Part shown: positions 54,336 through 64,000 of the stretch, one piece after another
How the letters are laid out: every line of letters starts with the position of its first letter
How positions within the stretch are numbered: position 1 is the stretch's first letter
Assembly: GCA_965203515.1 (NCBI GenBank)
Contig: OZ241907.1
Location: forward strand, 672,001 to 736,000
DNA: 64,000 nucleotides
Direction: 5' to 3'
Origin: Spirochaetia bacterium
Lineage (GTDB): Bacteria; Spirochaetota; Spirochaetia; SZUA-6; Bin103
Program-made: the position numbers and the translations under genes
Notes under the pieces: generated by a model
Told to the model about the DNA's origin: nothing
Seen by the model: the letters and a program-made list of their open reading frames with translations, nothing else
Database searches by the model: none

Positions 54336-55508
54336 GCGGTCTGGGGGGCCGTCCAGCGGCACCGAGTAGTCGCCGTCGAGGTAGGGGAAGCGCGCTTCCA
54401 GGCCGCCGGCCAGCTCGACGCCCCAGCCCGGTCCGGCCGGCAGTATCAGATGGCCGTCCTCGATCGCCGGCGGGTCACGCAGGATTCCCCACTGCAGCGG
54501 ACCCTGCACCATGCACAACTCCAGCACGCGCGGCCGCGGCAGCGCGGCGACCGCGTGAGCGTGGGCGACCGCCAGCAGGCCGTTGTGCCAGGAATGGGGA
54601 CAGACGTCGACGCCGCACGGGTGGGCGAGCTCGACGGTGCGCAGCCACTCGCCGATCCCGCAGACCCCCACGTCGGGCTGCACGATCGCCAGCGCTTCCG
54701 CCTCCAGATAGGGCTCGAACTGCTCCGCGCGCGTGAATGCCTCGCCGCCGGTGATCGGCAGATGCACGGCGCGGTTCAGCCGCGCGTAGGTCGCGGGATC
54801 GCGCGGCATCGGCTCCTCGAACCACGTCCAGCCCAGCTCGTCCAACGAGCCGGCGATCGCGTGGGCGTCAGCTTCGTTCAGCCGGCAGTTGCCGTCCAGC
54901 ATCAGCTCCATGCGGCCCTCCACCGCATCGGTCACGCGCCGCAGCAGGTCGATCATGCGCGCCGCGGTCACCCCGGACCGGCTCCATTCGGTGCCGACGC
55001 GCATCTTGAACGCGGTGTAGCCGGCGGCGACGTGGGCGAGCGCCTCCCGCACAAGCCGGTCGGGATCGACCTCCCAGTCGTAGTCGACGCCGCCGGAGGC
55101 GTACAGCCGCACGCGTTCGAGCGGCGGGTCGGTGGCGGGGCCGCCGGCGGCCGCGAGCAACGCGCTCACCGGCCGGCCGGCGATGCGGGCGCGCAGGTCC
55201 CAGAGGGCGCAGTCGACGCCGGCCAGCGGGATGTCGTAGCTCCGATCGCCCCCGGTGAGTCGCGGCGCGACGTCGGGGTCGAGCGGGTCGCGGCCGATCA
55301 GCCCGCCCGCCAGTTCGGCGACGCGCTCGCGGATGCGGGGAGGGTCGCCGTAGGCGCTCGGCTCGGCAATGCCGCGAACGCCGGCGTCCGTATCGATGAC
55401 GACGATCGAACAGTCGGCCTTGACCGCCCGGAACGAGGCGGTGACCCACTGGCGCTCCGGCTCATGGCGGCGCGACAGGCAGAGCGTTTCGACGGAGGTG
55501 ATCTTCAT
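54333..55508 (-). CDS. Mandelate racemase/muconate lactonizing family enzyme
   Basis: 'MKITSVET', 'DCALWDL', 'FKMR', 'LDGN', 'WFEEP', 'GGE', 'QPD' and 'PHSW'. Confidence 0.9.
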   Translation of the reverse strand: MKITSVETLCLSRRHEPERQWVTASFRAVKADCSIVVIDTDAGVRGIAEPSAYGDPPRIRERVAELAGGLIGRDPLDPDVAPRLTGGDRSYDIPLAGVDCALWDLRARIAGRPVSALLAAAGGPATDPPLERVRLYASGGVDYDWEVDPDRLVREALAHVAAGYTAFKMRVGTEWSRSGVTAARMIDLLRRVTDAVEGRMELMLDGNCRLNEADAHAIAGSLDELGWTWFEEPMPRDPATYARLNRAVHLPITGGEAFTRAEQFEPYLEAEALAIVQPDVGVCGIGEWLRTVELAHPCGVDVCPHSWHNGLLAVAHAHAVAALPRPRVLELCMVQGPLQWGILRDPPAIEDGHLILPAGPGWGVELAGGLEARFPYLDGDYSVPLDGPPDR

Positions 55509-55552
55509 GCGGGGCGGCGGCCGCCGTAGCGTGGGGTGAGCGGCATGTGCCG

Positions 55553-57058
55553 TCAAGGCGCGGGCGCCGGCGCGCTGCCGGCTTCCTGGACGAGGCGCCG
55601 CAGCCGCCGTTCGCGTTCGGGCGCCGGGGCGTCGCACGGCCGCCGGCTCCGGTCGGCGGCGATCACCTCACGCGGGCTCCTCCCGGTGGCGGCGATGCGG
55701 GCGTTGACCAGCGCGCCGAGCGCGTCGGTCTTGTAGGCGAGCGGTCCCGAACGGTCGTTCAAGAGGATGCGGGCATCCGCCGCCACCCGGCGGTCGCTGT
55801 CGGCGAGCAGGCGCAGGCCGGTGCGCAGCACCTCCCGGATCAACGGCGCTCGCGACAGGCCGCCGGTCAGCACGAAGGCGCGGATCGGCTCGGCAGCGGC
55901 CGGCAGCATCGCCCGCACGCGATCGAGCATCTCCAGGGCGATCGAGCACTGCGTGCTCGCCGTCCGCGCCGGCAGGTCCGGGGGCAGCCCCGTCAGGACC
56001 GCTGCCTCATCGGCCGGCTCCGGGATGCGGACGATCCGGTCCGGCTCGCAGGCGAGCGCCAAGCGGTTCAGATCGTCGTGGTCGACGCCGGGCGCGGCCA
56101 TGGCGCGGAACCGTTCGTACCACGCCCCGCACTGCGCCAGCATCAGCAGGAACAGGCGATCGTCCCAGTACTCGAAACTCAGGACTTCGCCGGTCGGTCG
56201 GCCGGCGTGCGGCGCGGGCAGGTTGACCGTGCCGCTGGTGCCCAGGGACAGCACCATGGTGTCGTATTCGGCGGCGCCGCAGCCGGCGGCCGAGGCGTGG
56301 TTGTCGCCGAGCGGCGCCGCTACCCGCCAGCCGCGGAGCCGTTCGGTCAGCGCTCGCCAGGGCGGTTCCGCGCCCGGTTCCGGTTCGACCGCGCCGGCCA
56401 CGCCGGTCGAGGCGATCACCGGCGGAAACCACTCCGGGCGCAGGTCGCCGCCGAGCCGCCGGCCGGCCTCCCGCAGCGGCTCGGCGGCGAGCCGCTTGCT
56501 CTGCTGGTCGAGCAGTCCGTTGGACAGGGCATCGGAGGAGCCGAGGCGGTATCGGCCGCCGGTGAGCCGGCCGGCCAGCCAGTCGCCGCTGGTCATCACC
56601 GCGCGCAGGCGGCCGCGCAGGTTCGGCTCCTGCCGCAGCGCCCACGGGAGCTTGGCGGCGATGAAGCGCGCTTCGACGGCGCCGGCCGCAGCGCGGAACG
56701 CCGGCAGGCCGTTGAGCGCGGCGGCCTGCCGGCCCGCCCGGCCGCACTGCCAGCTCAACGCCGGGATGAGCGGTTCGCCGGCGCGGTCGATCAGCGCCAG
56801 GTCGTGCTGCCGCCACGACTGGCCCAGACAGCCCGGCTCCGAGAGGTCCCAGCCGTCGCCGCCGAGCCGCCTCAGCAACGCCTGCACCATGCCCGGCAGC
56901 GCGCGCAGGTCGAACGCCGGGCACCCGCGCCAGCGGACCGCACCGGCCATCGGCACGCTCACGTACCCCTCGGAACCGTCCTCGGCGGCAGCCGCCAAGC
57001 CGCATTCGGTGGTCGAGCAGACCAGGCCGAGATACCGGGCGCGTCGGCGACCCTTCAT
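55553..57058 (-). CDS. FGGY family carbohydrate kinase (divergent xylulokinase-like)
   Basis: 'QHDLALID', 'ALSWQC', 'GDWLAGRLTG', 'LGDNHA', 'SLGTSG' and 'LTGGLSR'. Confidence 0.75.
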   Translation of the reverse strand: MKGRRRARYLGLVCSTTECGLAAAAEDGSEGYVSVPMAGAVRWRGCPAFDLRALPGMVQALLRRLGGDGWDLSEPGCLGQSWRQHDLALIDRAGEPLIPALSWQCGRAGRQAAALNGLPAFRAAAGAVEARFIAAKLPWALRQEPNLRGRLRAVMTSGDWLAGRLTGGRYRLGSSDALSNGLLDQQSKRLAAEPLREAGRRLGGDLRPEWFPPVIASTGVAGAVEPEPGAEPPWRALTERLRGWRVAAPLGDNHASAAGCGAAEYDTMVLSLGTSGTVNLPAPHAGRPTGEVLSFEYWDDRLFLLMLAQCGAWYERFRAMAAPGVDHDDLNRLALACEPDRIVRIPEPADEAAVLTGLPPDLPARTASTQCSIALEMLDRVRAMLPAAAEPIRAFVLTGGLSRAPLIREVLRTGLRLLADSDRRVAADARILLNDRSGPLAYKTDALGALVNARIAATGRSPREVIAADRSRRPCDAPAPERERRLRRLVQEAGSAPAPAP

Positions 57059-57081
57059 GGCGGCGCCGCGGCGCCTTTGCC

Positions 57082-59528
<2,447 letters not shown>

Positions 59529-59532
<4 letters not shown>

Positions 59533-60716
59533 CCACCGGATCGCTGCGTGACGCCATCCGCCGGCGGCTCGACTACCTGCGCGCCGGCGGCGCGGACGGC
59601 GCTCCCGACGTCGACGCAGGCGAGGCGCATGGCTCCGGTGAAGACGAGGATCTGCCGGCTCGCCTTGGCGCCGACTGGCAACCGCTGGCGCCGTACGTCT
59701 ACCGGCGGATCGGCATCGTCCCGTCGCCGATCACCGCACGGCCGCGCCTGCTGCCCGCGTCGGTCCCGATCGAGCGGTGCGGCTTCTTCGATACGGAGAC
59801 GACCGGTCTGGCCGGCGCCGGAGCGGTGATCTTCCTGTTCGGCATCGCCGCGGTGCGCGGCGACCGGATGATGGTGGAGCAGGTCTTCCTGAGCGATTTT
59901 CCGGGGGAGACCGCCTTCCTCGAGCACGTCGAGCGCCTGCTATCCGAGCATCGGCTGTTCGTCTCCTTCAACGGCAAGTCGTTCGACAAGACGATCCTGA
60001 CGGAGCGGTTCCTGATCGACGGCCGCAGCCTGAGCATGCCGGAGCATCTCGATCTGCTCTATCCGTCGCGCCGCCTGTGGGCGTCGCTCACTCCCGACTG
60101 CCGGCTCAAGACCCTGGAGGAGGAGGTCCTGAACATCGATCGGGGCGAGGACGTCGACGGGTTCGAGGTGCCTGACATCTACTTCGACTTCCTCCGCAGC
60201 GGCGACCTGGGGCGTCTGCCGGCCGTCTTCGACCACAACCACCGCGACGTGATCACGCTGGCGCGGCTGCTGGCGACGATCGAGCAGGCGCTGTCCGGTG
60301 ACGACGCCGTGCCGGTCGACCCGCACGGCGTCGGCCGCCTGTTGCTGGGGCAGGGCGATCGCTGCGGGCTGGATCACCTGCGCCGCGGCTACGACGACGG
60401 CCTGCTCACCTGCGGCACCGCGCTCGGCGGCGAGCTGAAGCGCGCCGGCGCCTGGCGGGAGGCGGTCGCGCTGTGGCACGACATGGCCAAGCGCCACCGC
60501 GACCGCGGCGCGGCGGTCGAGCTGGCCAAGTACTACGAACACCGAGCCAAGGACTATGACGCTGCGCTCGACTGCGTGAAGCCGTTCTTCGGCGGCGTCA
60601 GGAAAGGGGCGCGCGCGCTCGACTGCGACCTGCTGCGCCGGGTGGCGCGCCTGCGCCGCAAACGGGCCGCCCGGCGCGAGCCGCTCAGGGAGCGGGCGCT
60701 CAGCGGTAGTAGCTGA
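59529..60716 (+). CDS. mrfB: RNase H-like exonuclease with TPR-like tail (MrfB/YprB family)
   Basis: ATGA-coupled to the helicase; 'FFDTETTGL', 'FNGKSFD', 'HLDLL', 'HNHRD' and 'ELAKYYEH'. Confidence 0.85.
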
Positions 60717-61566
60717 TGCGGTAGCCGCCGCGCGCCGCGAATCCCAACCGTTCGTACAGCCGCAGCGCGGCCGCGTTGCCGGTCTTGACGAACAGGCACG
60801 CCTGCTCCTTGTCGCGAAAGATGCCGCGCAGCAGTGCCAGCATCACCGTCGTGCCCAGACCGGCGCGGCGGCGGCTCGGCGTGGTGAAGACGCCGCCGAT
60901 CTGATCGACGCGCACGCCGCGCGTGTTGGTGGCGGCGGTCGCCACCGGGCGCCCGCGGTGCTCGGCCACGTAGACCAGCTCGTTCCGCAACGAGCGCCGC
61001 AGGTGCCGGCGGCACCCACGGCGGTCGAACCGCGAGCCGTCCATGACCACCTCCTCCAGCTCGTACGCTTCGCGCAGCGCAAGCAGCCGCGCGGTGTCGC
61101 GCACGCGCGCGCGGCGCGTGACCACGTCGGCCGGGGCGCCGGCCGGGGCCGCGCCTGCGGCCGGCAGCGCGCCGAGATCCAGGGTCATGAGCACGTGGTC
61201 GACGTATACGCGAGGGCGCAGCCCCAGCAGCGCCTCCAGGCGCCGCACCTCGGCGGTCAGCCCCATGCTGGAGTGCGGCGCCGCGGCGGCGCCGATCACG
61301 CCGCGCAGCCAGCGGTCATCCCGTTCATGCGTCTCCCGTTCGCCGAACGCCGCCAGCAGCAACCCGTCCCGGGCGCGCACCACCACGTCCCCGATCGCGG
61401 CGCCGCGGCGCGTCGCAAACAGCCGAAACGGCCGGCCGCGCAGGGGCGAGGCCGACTCCCGCAGCAGGGCGGTGATCGGCACGTAGGCCCACTCCCGGTC
61501 GAGCAGCCGCTCCAGTATCGCGCGGCGGTGGCGTGCGCCGGCCTCGAACCAGCCCGCGTCTACCAA
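60700..61566 (-). CDS. GNAT N-acetyltransferase
   Basis: TTG after GGAGG; 'IGGVFTTPSRRRAGLG' and 'NAAALRLYERLGF'. Confidence 0.85.
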   Translation of the reverse strand: MVDAGWFEAGARHRRAILERLLDREWAYVPITALLRESASPLRGRPFRLFATRRGAAIGDVVVRARDGLLLAAFGERETHERDDRWLRGVIGAAAAPHSSMGLTAEVRRLEALLGLRPRVYVDHVLMTLDLGALPAAGAAPAGAPADVVTRRARVRDTARLLALREAYELEEVVMDGSRFDRRGCRRHLRRSLRNELVYVAEHRGRPVATAATNTRGVRVDQIGGVFTTPSRRRAGLGTTVMLALLRGIFRDKEQACLFVKTGNAAALRLYERLGFAARGGYRISYYR

Positions 61567-61588
61567 ACGTCCTCCGGTCGCCGCGCGC

Positions 61589-63367
61589 TCACGGCGCAGC
61601 CGCCCGTCCAAAGTCGATCGGGAGCCGGCCTTGGGCGGCGAAGTCCCCGGCCAGCACCGCCAGTCCGGCGCGGTACGAGTCGCGATTGGCGCCGTAGACC
61701 GCCACTGCGGTACGCACCCACGGCAGATCGTCAAGATAGACCGGCGTGAGCGCCGACACCACCAGCACCCGGTCGGCATAGGGCGCAAGCCCCGCCAGTA
61801 CCTCCGCGCTGTTGTAGTTCATGAGCAGAAAGACGATCGCATCGTAGCCGCCGGCCATCGTCCGTACCGCGTTCCGGTCCTGCGGCCGCGATGCGTCGAA
61901 CGGGTAGTACGGAAACCGATAGCGGTCGGCCCCCGGGAAGCGCAGCAGCGCCTCCTGCAGGAACGCTTCGCTCTGGCCGACCAGCAGCAGCCGCGCGGAC
62001 GGGTCGGGGCGGAAGGGGATGCCGGCGGAACGGACCGCGGTGACGCTGCGCGCCGCGCTTTCCCGGAAGAACTCGGCCGCGCCCGGAGCCGGCACCGCGT
62101 CGGCCGCGTCGGCGGCCGGGAACAACGGCACGGCGGTCACCGAGCGGAACGCTTCCAACTTCACCCGGAGCACGCGGCGCGCCGCCTGCGCGACCCGTTC
62201 GCGGAACGCCGGGTCGGCCGCCATGCGCTGCCGCAGCGCCTGCCAGGCGCGCTCTTGCAGAGCCGGCGTGTGGCCGATCAGGAGCAGGTCGGTGCCTTCC
62301 TCGATCGCCCGCACGGCCGCCGCGGGGGTGTCGAAGGAGGCGCCGAGCGCGCCCTGCATCTCCAGGTCGTCGCTGATCACGATGCCGTCGAAGCCGAGCC
62401 GGACGCGCAGCAGCTCGCGGAGAAAGAACGGCGACAGGGACGCGGGCGTTGCCGGATCGATGATCCTCGGATAGCCGACGTGGGCGCTCATGATCGCCGG
62501 CAGTCCTGCGCGGATCAGCAGCCGATACGGCAGCAGGTCGCGGTCCCAGAGCGTCGGCAGGTCGGCGTCCGCCACCGCAAGGGTTTCGTGCGAGTCGCCG
62601 ACGGCGCCGCCGTGGCCGGGAAAGTGCTTGGCGGTGGCGATCACGCCGGTGGAGGCGAGGCCGTAGTAGAACGCGACCGACAGCAGCGCGGTCTGCACCG
62701 GATCGGAGGAGAACGCGCGCGGGCCGATGACCGCGGCTTCCGGGTGAGAGTAGACGTCGACGGTGGGCGCCAGGTTCATGTTGATGCCCAGGACGCGCAG
62801 CTCCTGACCGATGAACCGGCCGGTCCGATAGGCGTCGTACGGAATGCCGGCGGCGCCCAGCGCCAGGTTGCCGGGCGTCTGCGACGTCCCGCCCTTGATG
62901 TGGCGGACCCAGCCGCCTTCCTGATCGGTGAGGGTCAGCAGCGGCACCTGCAGCCGGGTGGCTCGCGCCGCCTCCTGCATCGCGCCGACGCCGGCGGCCA
63001 GCTCGGCCAGACCGGTCACGTTGCGGCCGGAGATCTTGACGCTGCCCAGGTAGCGTTCGGCGATCCACGCGCGCAGGGCGTCCGGGAACCCGGTTCCCAG
63101 GTAGCCGAGCGCCAGCGTCTGGCCGAGCAGCTCAGCGTCGCTCATCCGCTCCGCCAGGTAGGCGGCCTGCTCCGCCGCCGGCGCGTCCCGCCAGAAACCG
63201 TCCGCCCGTACGCAGGGCGGCGCCTCGCTCGGCCGGCAGACGATTGAGGGGTCCGGCGGCGCCGCGCCGAGCGACCGGGGCAGGAGTGCCCATGTCAGGA
63301 GCGACCAGATCAGGAGCGATCGACCCGCCGCCGGCGGCCGGCGCCACGGCGGCCGTCCCGCAGTCAC
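61589..63367 (-). CDS. GH3 beta-N-acetylhexosaminidase (NagZ-like), probably exported
   Basis: 'DQEGGWV', 'NLAPTVD', 'KHFPGHG...DSH' and 'SDDLEM'; hydrophobic N-terminus. Confidence 0.9.
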   Translation of the reverse strand: MTAGRPPWRRPPAAGRSLLIWSLLTWALLPRSLGAAPPDPSIVCRPSEAPPCVRADGFWRDAPAAEQAAYLAERMSDAELLGQTLALGYLGTGFPDALRAWIAERYLGSVKISGRNVTGLAELAAGVGAMQEAARATRLQVPLLTLTDQEGGWVRHIKGGTSQTPGNLALGAAGIPYDAYRTGRFIGQELRVLGINMNLAPTVDVYSHPEAAVIGPRAFSSDPVQTALLSVAFYYGLASTGVIATAKHFPGHGGAVGDSHETLAVADADLPTLWDRDLLPYRLLIRAGLPAIMSAHVGYPRIIDPATPASLSPFFLRELLRVRLGFDGIVISDDLEMQGALGASFDTPAAAVRAIEEGTDLLLIGHTPALQERAWQALRQRMAADPAFRERVAQAARRVLRVKLEAFRSVTAVPLFPAADAADAVPAPGAAEFFRESAARSVTAVRSAGIPFRPDPSARLLLVGQSEAFLQEALLRFPGADRYRFPYYPFDASRPQDRNAVRTMAGGYDAIVFLLMNYNSAEVLAGLAPYADRVLVVSALTPVYLDDLPWVRTAVAVYGANRDSYRAGLAVLAGDFAAQGRLPIDFGRAAAP

Positions 63368-64000
63368 GGGACGCTCGCCGGCGCCCGCGACTCGCCCCGG
63401 AAGCGCGGCAGCAGCGCCGCGGCGCGCCGCCGCTCGGCCGCATCCAGGCCGCACGCCTCCACCGGCCCTGCGGCCTCGGCAAGGCTCCGCCGCAGCCGGC
63501 CGGCCATCGCGCCGAAATCGGCCGGGCGGCCGGTCTCCCGCCCCAGCCAGGAGGCGGCGGCGGCCGATGCGGCGGCGGCCGGGCGGGCCAGGTAACGAGC
63601 CACCCGCCGGTAGGAACCGTCGAGCGGGATGGAACCGTGCTGGAGTGCGCCGTGGCGGGTGACCATCTGCGCGCTGCCGACCAGCTTGCCGTAGCGCCCG
63701 ATCACCTCGTACTGACCGGTCGCGGCGAAGCAGTCCGGGTCGGCGGCGTCGCCGACCGGCGCGTCGCTGCGCCGGCAGGCGACGCCCAGGTCCGTCAGGG
63801 CGGCGACCAGCAGGTCGCCCACGAAGCGGTAGACGACGCGCTTGGTGAACCGGCTCAGGTGCGTTCGGCCCAGCGCCACCGCGTAGGTGACCTCGGCGGC
63901 GTGCAGGACCGCCCGGCCGCCGGTCGGCCGGCGGATCAGCGGAATGCCGTCCGCACGCAGGCGATCGAGCCGCACGTGCTCCACCGGCTGGAACCGGCCG
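63364..64000 (-). CDS. Lipoate-protein ligase/octanoyltransferase family protein (5' end outside the window)
   Basis: 'RRPTGGRAVLH', 'KLVGSAQ' and 'LQHGS'. Confidence 0.88.
   Translation of the reverse strand, partial: GRFQPVEHVRLDRLRADGIPLIRRPTGGRAVLHAAEVTYAVALGRTHLSRFTKRVVYRFVGDLLVAALTDLGVACRRSDAPVGDAADPDCFAATGQYEVIGRYGKLVGSAQMVTRHGALQHGSIPLDGSYRRVARYLARPAAAASAAAASWLGRETGRPADFGAMAGRLRRSLAEAAGPVEACGLDAAERRRAAALLPRFRGESRAPASVP

Overview
GC-rich bacterial window. The lipoprotein-type signal 'AFAEGQTE', several Uma2 genes and many catabolic enzymes suggest a Spirochaetaceae-like, possibly host-associated organism; this is inference only. The backbone is catabolic and housekeeping: a carbohydrate ABC importer, a beta-helix enzyme, aminotransferases, an amidohydrolase, oxidoreductases, three enolase-superfamily genes, xylA, an FGGY kinase, an MrfA/MrfB-like repair pair, a GH3 and a lipoate ligase. 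Defence-type cargo is embedded in it. (i) A 12.7-kb five-gene MADS/DndFGH-like module (NERD-kinase-P-loop, DndG-like, nuclease-HerA ATPase, ABC ATPase, TOPRIM-like) is bounded by a 20-bp direct repeat that copies the end of an enolase gene. (ii) A decayed region holds a DUF1156 methyltransferase split by a complete IS66 (8-bp target duplication), three toxin-antitoxin pairs whose toxins are all broken, and an orphan NHLP-leader RiPP precursor. (iii) A 4.1-kb ubiquitin-like operon (two-domain Ubl, Cys-free E2, JAB-E1 fusion) is coupled to an ABC ATPase and a PIN protein and bounded by a perfect 18-bp repeat that copies the end of xylA. (iv) A single AAA/PD-(D/E)XK gene is bounded by an 11-bp repeat at another stop codon. 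The strongest candidates for undescribed biology are the recurring integrase-free, stop-codon-anchored insertions and the Ubl-conjugation plus ATPase-PIN operon. Family assignments come from motif recognition by eye, not database searches.
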